Positions 17,615-25,331 of a DNA stretch of 25,331 nt are shown here, in pieces. Under the pieces are notes generated by a model, which had not been told where the DNA came from, ran no database searches, and was given only the letters and a program-made list of their open reading frames with translations. Position 1 is the stretch's first letter, and every line of letters starts with the position of its first letter. The DNA comes from Gemmatimonadota bacterium (GTDB lineage: Bacteria > Gemmatimonadota > Gemmatimonadetes > Gemmatimonadales > GWC2-71-9), in the NCBI GenBank assembly GCA_039586365.1, contig JBDHKN010000068.1, positions 2,857 through 28,187 on the forward strand, read 5' to 3'. The translations under genes were made by a program, and so were the position numbers.

Positions 17615-18913
17615 ATGCGCCAACAGATCGCTGCCACCCTACTCTTGGCTTCCGGTTGGCTCACCCCGATGCCTGCGGTGGCTCAAGATGACATGCCGCA
17701 GGTCACTTTGGCGGAAGCACTGCAGCGAGCGACCCGGCTCGATCCCAATTACGTGGCTGCGATGCGGCAGGTGGTGGATGCGGAGTGGGGTAGGAGGTCG
17801 GCCTGGTCAGTGTTCGTACTGCCCGCTGTCTCAACGCAGCTCAACGCAACCAAGTATTCGAGTGCGTCTTTCAACATCGGCACGGGTGCGCCCGCGTCCC
17901 AGATCGTCGACGCGCGGTTGGAGGCACGCTACAATCTGTTCCGCGGTCTCGGCAAGTTCGCCGATCTGGCCCGGGCCCAGGCGGAAGTCGAGGGAGCGCG
18001 GGCCGACGAGCTGGGCTCCCGCTTCCACACCGCGCTGTTCACCGAGGCCGACTACTTCGATGTAGTGGCGCAGCGGGAGCTAACCGGGGTGGCATCGGAA
18101 CGGGTGCGCCGGGCGGAAGAACAGCTCGCTGTGGCGCGAGCGCGCGTCATTTCGGGCGCAGCCGTGCAAACCGACTCGCTGCAACTCCTCTTGGAGCTGA
18201 CCACGGCCCAGGTCGAGCTGATCCGTCAAGAGGCCCGCCTCAAAGTCGCGCGCTACCAGCTGGGGCGCCGCGTCGGGTCACCGGGGCCGGTGGACGCCGC
18301 CGCGCTGGACACCCTCGCTGAGCCGGCTCTGCCGATCACCGAAGAGGAGGCGATCGCCGAGGCTGTGAGTGAGAGCCCGGACGCCGTCTTGGCCAGGGCG
18401 AATGAGCGAGCCGCTGTTGCTCAGGTTCGCGCGGCTCGCGGATCCTACTTGCCGCGGATCGATCTGTTCGGGCAGCTCTCAGCGTTTGACGACAAGTTCT
18501 TCCCCACTGCGACGACACGATCCGCGTTCGGCCTGTCGTTGAGTTGGCCCATATGGGACAACGCCGTCAGGGAATTGAGTCTCTCTCGCGCTACGACGGC
18601 TCGAGATGTATCGAGAGCCGCGCGCAATGACACTGAGCTGGCGCTGCAGCGTGATGTCGTGGAAGCATACGAAGCGTACAACGCGGCCCGTGCTGCAGCC
18701 GATCTCGCGGCCAAGGCAGTAACGGTGGCGGATGAGAACCTACGGGTGCAGCAACAGCGCTATCGCGCGGGGGCCACTACAATCATCGATCTGATCACAG
18801 CTCAAGTGAGTCTCTCTGAATCCGAAGCAGGATTGGTCCAGGCTCGTCAGGCGACTCGTCTTGCCCTATCCGGCCTCGAAGCGATTCTGGGTCGCCGCCT
18901 CTTTCAATTATGA
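17615..18913 (+). CDS. TolC-family outer membrane efflux protein
   Basis: Signal peptide, LAEALQRA, YLPRIDL, RYRAGATTIIDLITAQ. Confidence 0.92.
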   Translation: MRQQIAATLLLASGWLTPMPAVAQDDMPQVTLAEALQRATRLDPNYVAAMRQVVDAEWGRRSAWSVFVLPAVSTQLNATKYSSASFNIGTGAPASQIVDARLEARYNLFRGLGKFADLARAQAEVEGARADELGSRFHTALFTEADYFDVVAQRELTGVASERVRRAEEQLAVARARVISGAAVQTDSLQLLLELTTAQVELIRQEARLKVARYQLGRRVGSPGPVDAAALDTLAEPALPITEEEAIAEAVSESPDAVLARANERAAVAQVRAARGSYLPRIDLFGQLSAFDDKFFPTATTRSAFGLSLSWPIWDNAVRELSLSRATTARDVSRAARNDTELALQRDVVEAYEAYNAARAAADLAAKAVTVADENLRVQQQRYRAGATTIIDLITAQVSLSESEAGLVQARQATRLALSGLEAILGRRLFQL

Positions 18914-20001
18914 GAGTGTCACAAGTGAAGCGTAACGTCATCTATTCGATCGCAACTGTTACAGCCATCGGCTGCGGGGGTAGCGGAGAGCCAGACTCGG
19001 CTGTGGGTAGGGGTGGGGGACCTGGTGGGCCGCCTGCGATGCCTGTCGAGGTCGCTGCTGCCATGACCGATACGGTCATCGACGCGATCCTCGCTACCGG
19101 CACCATTGATGCTGTGCAGTCCGTCGAGCTACGTCCCGAGGTGCAAGGTCGTTTGACCGAGATCCTGGTGCGGGAGGGAAGGGAAGTCGCAGCAGGAGCT
19201 CCCCTGTTCAAGGTCGATGATGCTGAACTATCGGCCCAGGTCGAACAACTCCGCGCAGAGCGGGATAGGGCGATCCAAGCGTTGCAGCGGACTCGCGAGT
19301 TGATCAGGCAGAAAGCCTCATCTCAAGCCGATTTGGAGGAGGCCGAGGCCAACGCCCGCAGTAGGCAAGCGCAACTGGATCTATTGGAGGTCCGACTCGA
19401 CCGTACCCTCGTCAGAGCTCCGTTTGCTGGCGTCGTGGGAGAACGCTTCGTCAGCTTGGGTGATTACGTCAACACCGCCAGCCGACTCACTACGCTGCAG
19501 ACCGTCGATCCCCAGCGGGCGGCCTTCCAAGTGCCGGAGCGCTTTGCGGAGCGTCTCGCTGTGGGACAGCGCGTGACCTTCCGTGTCGCCGCGGTCGACC
19601 GGGAATTCAGCGGCACTGTTGACTTCGTTGATCCGGTGGTTCGCGTCCCAGCCCGCACCATCCTAGTCAAAGCGAGAGTGCGCAATCCCGACAGGTTCCT
19701 CAAGCCTGGAATGTTCATAGAAGCGCGCTTGGCTACGGAGACCCGTCCTGATGCCGTAGTCATACCTGAAGACGCAATCCTACCGCTCGAAGGTGCGACC
19801 TATGTCTGGGTTGTCAGTGACGACCAGGCGTCACGCCGTCAAGTTGAACTGGGCGTACGCACTCCTGGATTTGTCGAGATAGCGAATGGATTAGCGGCTG
19901 GAGAGTTCGTTGTAGTAGGTGGCCAGGAAAGACTGTATGAGGGTGCGGCGGTAAGGTCTACGGTGGTGGAAAGGATCGCCAGTGGCTCCGTGATGCCCTG
20001 A
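18910..20001 (+). CDS. RND periplasmic adaptor (MFP)
   Basis: Lipoyl halves (EVQGRL..V.EG..V.AG; VRAPFAGVV), alpha hairpin, LKPGMF, VIPEDAI; ATGA overlap with tolC. Confidence 0.93.
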   Translation: MRVSQVKRNVIYSIATVTAIGCGGSGEPDSAVGRGGGPGGPPAMPVEVAAAMTDTVIDAILATGTIDAVQSVELRPEVQGRLTEILVREGREVAAGAPLFKVDDAELSAQVEQLRAERDRAIQALQRTRELIRQKASSQADLEEAEANARSRQAQLDLLEVRLDRTLVRAPFAGVVGERFVSLGDYVNTASRLTTLQTVDPQRAAFQVPERFAERLAVGQRVTFRVAAVDREFSGTVDFVDPVVRVPARTILVKARVRNPDRFLKPGMFIEARLATETRPDAVVIPEDAILPLEGATYVWVVSDDQASRRQVELGVRTPGFVEIANGLAAGEFVVVGGQERLYEGAAVRSTVVERIASGSVMP

Positions 20002-20040
20002 ATGGCACTGGAGTCCCGCTAGTCCTGTCGACTGGCTTCC

Positions 20041-20077
20041 GGCGGGCGGCGTCCAAAGACGCTGCCCGCCCTTTGTT
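20041..20077 (+). terminator. Intrinsic terminator of the efflux operon
   Basis: GGCGGGCGGCGTC-CAAA-GACGCTGCCCGCC then CTTTGTT. Confidence 0.7.
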
Positions 20078-20088
20078 GCAGGCTAGCC

Positions 20089-21258
20089 TCAAGTCAGGAG
20101 ATGACAGAGGTACGCCGTTGCCACACCCAGGTAGTTGCCGAGTCCGTATCCGAGTAGCGCTAGCATGATTGAGATGGGCACCAGCTCCTCACGGTGAAAT
20201 CCTGCAGCGACTGGAGCGGAAGCGGCACCACCTACTGCGGCAACGCTTGCAGTGGCTGCCATGCTCACATCAACGCGGAACAGTCGGGCACCAATCGTAA
20301 TGAAGCCGAAGTGAACCAGGATACACACGATGCCGGCTACGAGGAACCACTGGGCACCACCGATATTACTGAGATCCGCCTGGGCACCCATGGTCGTCAT
20401 GTAGATGTAGACGAATGTCATGGAAAGCGGTTCGGTGCCGGGTATGTCCTTCAAGGGAGTGGCGGAAAGAGCGATCCCGAAGGTCGTGACCAACAGAATC
20501 GCCCAGGTACTCTCCGTCAGCACGGGCGGTAGAGTGGGAACCAGCGTGGCCAGTTGGTTTGCAGCGAAAATGGTGACGAAACCAAATCCAAGGAGGACCA
20601 GTACGTCACGGTAGTGCAGTTCGTGGGTCTTCTTTTCGACCTGTGCACTTGCCTCGGCGATGCGATCCATCTGCTCTTGCGTTACACCCGTGAAGCGATT
20701 GAAGCCGGCAGCCCAGCGCTTGCAGGTCAGTATGATCGGGAAATAGAGCACATAGACGAAGTTGTCGACGAGGACTACCATGCCCACCATCTCACCAGGC
20801 GTCTCAATCGCGTCGGCCACGGCTGCCAGGTTGCCGGTTCCACCGATCCAGCTTCCGGCAAGTGCGCCATAACCTCGCCACGTGTCTGGTGGCAGGCCAC
20901 TCTTGAAGATGTAGTACGACAAGGTGGCCCCTGCGACGATTCCAACTGCGCCGATTACCAGCACTCCGGCACCGCGCCATGCCACCCTGATGGCTTGCTT
21001 GATATTGATGTCCAGCAGCATCAACACGATGAACATGGGCACGGCAAACGACCTGAACGTCGTGTAGATATCACTTGACTTCGGAATGACGTTCAGGTTG
21101 CTGAGGAATATCGGCGTGAGAAAGATCCAGATGATGGCCGGCAAGATGTTGAACACCTTCCACTTCGTCTTCTTCTCCAGCCAAATGAAGAACACCGGGA
21201 TCATCGTGATCACGGCCAGCACGCCAATCAGATCATTGAAGAGAGGTTCCGAACTCAT
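20089..21258 (-). CDS. DUF819-family multi-pass membrane protein (putative transporter)
   Basis: LAGSWIGGTGNL, VDN, SVAAVGGAASAP, LGYGLGNYLG; ~10 TM segments. Confidence 0.85.
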   Translation of the reverse strand: MSSEPLFNDLIGVLAVITMIPVFFIWLEKKTKWKVFNILPAIIWIFLTPIFLSNLNVIPKSSDIYTTFRSFAVPMFIVLMLLDINIKQAIRVAWRGAGVLVIGAVGIVAGATLSYYIFKSGLPPDTWRGYGALAGSWIGGTGNLAAVADAIETPGEMVGMVVLVDNFVYVLYFPIILTCKRWAAGFNRFTGVTQEQMDRIAEASAQVEKKTHELHYRDVLVLLGFGFVTIFAANQLATLVPTLPPVLTESTWAILLVTTFGIALSATPLKDIPGTEPLSMTFVYIYMTTMGAQADLSNIGGAQWFLVAGIVCILVHFGFITIGARLFRVDVSMAATASVAAVGGAASAPVAAGFHREELVPISIMLALLGYGLGNYLGVATAYLCHLLT

Positions 21259-21472
21259 CGGGTCTCCGGTCGGTTGTGACTGTTCAGAGTCATGAAGAGA
21301 CGCAGGGTTCTTTTCTCCCCAGCCTGCGGATCCTCAATTGAGCAGTGGTGAATCCGGCAGATGATACGTACCACCTGACGGTATTCGAGGTGAGCTCCAC
21401 TAGCTCGTCAGTGAGACTAGACACGCGTGTCTGCGACCCGGACGCTATGGTCTCTGACGAGCCACAGTGCGG

Positions 21473-22267
21473 CTACCGAGCTTTTTCACACTTCAGATCG
21501 GTGACAAACATGTGCCCGGGCATGTGAGTAATCATGAGATCCGGCTTCGCCTGCATCGCTGCCGCCTGGGGGGTCACCCCGCAGGCCCAGAACACCGGGA
21601 GTTCGTCCGACCGCACAGCGACCTTGTCGCCAAAATCAGGCCGCTCCAGATTGGCGATGCCGATCACTGCGGGATCACCTATGTGAACCGGCGTGCCATG
21701 CGCGAGCGGGTAGCAGGCGGTGACACCGACCGCTCGGTCGACCAGGTGGCGTGGGATGGGTCGCATTGAGACGACGAGAGGTCCCGCGAAGGGCCCGGCA
21801 GGTTGGCACGGTAAGTTGGTGATATACATGGGGACGTTCTTGGCCTGCTCCAGGTGGCGGAGTGGAACCCCAGCATCGAGCAATGCGGCCTCAAAAGTGA
21901 AGCTGCATCCCAACAAGAACGCCACCAGGTCGTTGTTCCAGATATGCAGCAGATCGTGCAATTCAGTTTCGACCACACCGCTGCGATACAGTAGGTACCG
22001 CGGCACGTCGGTCCGCAGATCGGCACCCGGTGCCGATCTGCGCGGTTCGAACTCACCAGGGTCGGTTTGCTCGATGATAGGGCACGGTTGAGGATTGCGC
22101 TGGCAAAATGTGAGGAAATCGGTTGCGTGTGCGCCAGGCACGACCACGAGGTTGGCTTGCACGTAGCCGTCGCAGCAACCGGTCGTGGGTCCTTGCCACT
22201 TCCCATCCCGGGCCCACTGGCGCAGCTGCTTGGGTGAGATCTGATCTGAATCGCACCTAGGCTCCAT
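21473..22267 (-). CDS. D-glutamate cyclase-like putative hydro-lyase (DUF1445/YcsI family)
   Basis: GYVQANLV, FCQRNPQPCP, DLRTDVPRY, FLLGCSFTFE, VVSMRP, FWACGVTPQ, ITHMPGHM. Confidence 0.92.
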   Translation of the reverse strand: MEPRCDSDQISPKQLRQWARDGKWQGPTTGCCDGYVQANLVVVPGAHATDFLTFCQRNPQPCPIIEQTDPGEFEPRRSAPGADLRTDVPRYLLYRSGVVETELHDLLHIWNNDLVAFLLGCSFTFEAALLDAGVPLRHLEQAKNVPMYITNLPCQPAGPFAGPLVVSMRPIPRHLVDRAVGVTACYPLAHGTPVHIGDPAVIGIANLERPDFGDKVAVRSDELPVFWACGVTPQAAAMQAKPDLMITHMPGHMFVTDLKCEKAR

Positions 22268-22297
22268 AGATCCCGACTCCGAGCTCCCTTTCGGCCG

Positions 22298-23827
22298 TTA
22301 CGGTAGCGGCGCCTGCTTCCTCGGCAACATCTCATCGCGCATTGCGAGCTGGTATGCGGTAGCGGCTACAACCACTGCCGACTGCATGAGGTCTTCGATC
22401 AGCATGTGGTCGTACGTATCGAGATAGGTGTGGTGGTGCCGCGGCGTGTACTCAACGGGGTCCTGGATGAACTGGAATCCCGGAATCCCGGCGCCGTCGA
22501 ACGCTAGATGGTCTGTGCCTCCGGTGTTGCGGTGCCACACCGAGACGACCCCGAGATCGCGGAACGGCCACAGGATCTGCTCGAAGATGGGGATCACGGC
22601 TTCGTTCATCTGAGTGTATATGCCGCGGATCTTTCCGGTGCCGTTGTCGTAGTTGAGATACGCCGAGATTCTGTCGTGCAATTCCTCATGGTTCTGCACC
22701 CAGCCTCGTGAACCCAGCAATCCCTGCTCCTCACCGCTCCACAGTCCGATGCGGATGGTCCGTCTGGGTTGCAGGTCCAAGGTCTTGAGGATCCGCATCG
22801 CCTCCATCATCACGAGTGTGCCGGCGGCATTGTCGACGGCGCCGGTTCCCATGTACCAGGAGTCGAGGTGGCCGCCGATCATCACGTACTCGTCAGCCTT
22901 GTCACTACCGGGAAGGTCGGCCAGCACGTTGTATCCGTTGAGGTCATCTGGATGGAACCGGTTCTTGACATCGATTTCGACTTGGACGGGTATTCCGCGC
23001 TCGACGTTGCGGTAGATCTGACCGTACTGCTCCGCCGAGACGATCAACTGTGGTAATGGTTCAGGATTGGTGGGGTCGAGTCCTGCGCGATTGTAGGTGC
23101 TGCGGAGAATGCCGTAGTTGCGTGATGAGCGAGACAGCAGTGCCGCAACACCCTCTTCGCGGAACATCTCATCCCGCGCGGCTTGCACCTCTCGCATCCG
23201 GCGGCGCATCTCCATCATTCTTTCGCGTTGCGCCGGATCGAAATCGCGGCCTGGGCTCGGCGCGATCGGCGTGAGCAACTCCTCGACTGAGAATCGCCGA
23301 TCCCACTGCTCCCACTCCGGCTCGATGTCCGCCGGCTCATCGAGTAGCACAAACGCATTCCTGAGTTGGCCGCGGTATTGTGCTAGGTCGCTCACGCTGT
23401 CGGCCTTTACGATCAGCACTGGTCCCGAGACGGCGCCGTTCGTGCTCCCTGTCCAAGCCGCCGGTTGTCCGTGGAGTGGTTGAATGTACGGTGTGAGAAT
23501 CTGACCACTGTAGTGCTCGCGGGACCAGCCCTGCCCGAACTCTCCCCAGGGTTCGACGGTGATGCTCTCCAGGCCCCACTCCTGGAATTTCTGCGTGATC
23601 CATTCCCTCGCATGCCGTATTCCTGGTGAAGCGGTGAGCCGGGGTCCAACGACGTCGGTCAAGTACTGGGCCATGGGATCCATCTCGGACTGTGCCAGAC
23701 CTACCTCGCGGATCTGGTCGATCACAGACAGATCGACAGCTTCCTGAGCAACCTGAGCAGACGTGACGCAAGGAGCTGCTAGCAGGCTGGTGAGCGCAGT
23801 GGCTATGGTCAGAGGACGGAGGGACAT
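22298..23827 (-). CDS. Secreted M28 metallopeptidase (carboxypeptidase Q-like)
   Basis: Signal peptide; GPRLTAS, GGHLDSW, GAVDNAAG, WSGEEQGLLGS, GGTDH, HHTYLDTYD. Confidence 0.92.
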   Translation of the reverse strand: MSLRPLTIATALTSLLAAPCVTSAQVAQEAVDLSVIDQIREVGLAQSEMDPMAQYLTDVVGPRLTASPGIRHAREWITQKFQEWGLESITVEPWGEFGQGWSREHYSGQILTPYIQPLHGQPAAWTGSTNGAVSGPVLIVKADSVSDLAQYRGQLRNAFVLLDEPADIEPEWEQWDRRFSVEELLTPIAPSPGRDFDPAQRERMMEMRRRMREVQAARDEMFREEGVAALLSRSSRNYGILRSTYNRAGLDPTNPEPLPQLIVSAEQYGQIYRNVERGIPVQVEIDVKNRFHPDDLNGYNVLADLPGSDKADEYVMIGGHLDSWYMGTGAVDNAAGTLVMMEAMRILKTLDLQPRRTIRIGLWSGEEQGLLGSRGWVQNHEELHDRISAYLNYDNGTGKIRGIYTQMNEAVIPIFEQILWPFRDLGVVSVWHRNTGGTDHLAFDGAGIPGFQFIQDPVEYTPRHHHTYLDTYDHMLIEDLMQSAVVVAATAYQLAMRDEMLPRKQAPLP

Positions 23828-23897
23828 ATGGATCTCCTGTTCGGTAGGGGCTTAAACTACTTGTCTGAGAAGGAGGCGACAACAAGACTGGGTGGGC

Positions 23898-23932
23898 AAT
23901 TCTCAGCTCCCCGCTCTCAGCTCCCTGCTCCC
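23898..23932 (-). repeat. Tandem heptamer array
   Basis: Minus strand GGGAGCA GGGAGCT GAGAGCG GGGAGCT GAGAATT. Confidence 0.55.
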
Positions 23933-24020
23933 CTTACCCCCATCCTTGCGACTCGTCGGTAACGGCCGCAGTTTGGCCGGGTACCCAGATGACTTCGTTA
24001 GCAGCTCCGAGGAGTGTCCG

Positions 24021-25331
24021 ATGACAAGGCAATGCACAAGAACCCGAATAGCTCCGGTACTTCTATTTCTTCTCCTGTGCGGCCCGGTACTCACGGCCCG
24101 AGCCGGCAAAGTGCAGGGGCAACAGGTCACGTCCCCCGAGGAGTTCTTTGGATTCCAGATGGGTGCCGACCGCATGATTGCCCGGTGGGACAGGATGGTC
24201 GAGTACTACAAGCTACTGGAGAGTTCCAGTTCCAAGATCAAGGTAGTCGAGATGGGCCCCAGTACGTTGGGCAATCCATTCCTCGCGCTGTTCATTTCAG
24301 CGCCAGCCAACCTGGCTCGACTGGAGGAGCTGCGACAGATCAACGTACAGCTCAGTGATCCGCGGGACATAGCCGCAACGCAGCTCGACCGGCTCGTGGC
24401 TGATGGCAAGGTGGTCATCATCCAGACAATGAGTCTTCACGCCACGGAAATCGGTGGCAGCCTAATGGCGGTCGAGTTGGCCTACGATCTAGTGAGCCGC
24501 AGCGACGAAGAGACTCAGGGGATCCTGGACAACGTGATCTTTATTATGATCCCGAGTTTCAACCCCGACGGTCAGATCATGGTTACCGACTGGTACCGGG
24601 AGACAGTTGGAACCGAATATGAAGGCGTAGGTTACCCTTCGCTGTACCACCACTATACAGGGCACGATAACAACCGTGACGCATTTCAGACCAACACGGT
24701 CGAGTCCCAATACGTCGCCCAGCTCATGTTCCGCGACTGGATACCACAGGCGTACATCGACCACCACCACATGGGGAGTTACACAGCGCGGCTCTACGTG
24801 CCGCCCTACGCCGAGCCGATTCGTCCATTTTCCGATCCGTTGGTGTGGAGAGAGATGAGTTGGTACGGTGCCCATATCGCATACAAAGAGGAAGAGGCCG
24901 GCCTATCGGGCATCGTGAACGCAGCGATATATGGTGGCTGGGGCCATTTCGGTTTCCACTGGATCACGCCGTTTCACAACATCGCCGGAATGCTCACCGA
25001 GTCTGCCAGTGCCAGACTGGCCAGTCCGCTGTACATCCATCCCGATCAGCTCGAGGGTGGTAGACGGCAACTACCGGAACATGAGGCACAGACGACGTTC
25101 CCCAACCCTTGGCAGGGCGGCTGGTGGCGGCTGCGCGATATCGTCGAGCGTCAGAAGGTTTCCGCATGGGCTGCGCTCGACATAGCGGCGCGGAACAAGG
25201 AAACGGTGCTTCGTAATGCCTATCTCAAGGCCAAGCATCAGACAGAACGTGGGGCCGCCGGCAAGCCTGCCGCATTCGTGATCCCGGCCGCACAGCACGA
25301 TCCGCTCACCGCAACGGTGATGGTCAACAAG
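24021..25331 (+). CDS. Secreted M14 zinc carboxypeptidase; runs off the right edge (absent from the ORF track)
   Basis: GAGGAG before ATG 24021; MTRQCTRTRIAPVLLFLLLC...VTSPEEFFGFQMGAD; HATE (HxxE), NPDG, GHDNNRD, DHHHMG. Confidence 0.9.
   Translation, partial: MTRQCTRTRIAPVLLFLLLCGPVLTARAGKVQGQQVTSPEEFFGFQMGADRMIARWDRMVEYYKLLESSSSKIKVVEMGPSTLGNPFLALFISAPANLARLEELRQINVQLSDPRDIAATQLDRLVADGKVVIIQTMSLHATEIGGSLMAVELAYDLVSRSDEETQGILDNVIFIMIPSFNPDGQIMVTDWYRETVGTEYEGVGYPSLYHHYTGHDNNRDAFQTNTVESQYVAQLMFRDWIPQAYIDHHHMGSYTARLYVPPYAEPIRPFSDPLVWREMSWYGAHIAYKEEEAGLSGIVNAAIYGGWGHFGFHWITPFHNIAGMLTESASARLASPLYIHPDQLEGGRRQLPEHEAQTTFPNPWQGGWWRLRDIVERQKVSAWAALDIAARNKETVLRNAYLKAKHQTERGAAGKPAAFVIPAAQHDPLTATVMVNK

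Noticed and set aside
21403..21475. Hammerhead ribozyme (CTGACGA on both strands)
   Set aside because: No GAAA after stem II on either strand.
24014..24358. ORF-track 114-aa protein
   Set aside because: Wrong frame; the real gene is the M14 peptidase starting at 24021.

Overview
A GC-rich bacterial window; the gene styles suggest Gemmatimonadota, but that is inference only. Bases 1-~2790 look like the end of an integrated accessory island. This part holds a secreted S1 serine protease and a lipoprotein, small Zn-finger ORFs (one frameshifted) and att-like direct repeats, and it ends on the orphan 3' fragment of a recQ helicase gene. The rest looks like ordinary chromosome: nfeD-floA-yqfB-like operon, acyl-CoA dehydrogenase, FG-GAP/ASPIC-UnbV protein, cytochrome P460-family protein, ICMT-like methyltransferase, a TPR pseudogene, aldo/keto reductase, an RND-TolC-MFP efflux operon with a long attenuator-like leader, a cluster of M28 peptidase, D-glutamate cyclase-like and DUF819 genes, and an M14 carboxypeptidase running off the right edge. 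The most striking unannotated signal is two diverged copies (2152-2248 and 3991-4082) of a ~95-nt four-way-junction RNA fold. The copies show compensatory base changes and share GGGAGGG and ACCAYGCC loops, and I cannot assign them to a known family.
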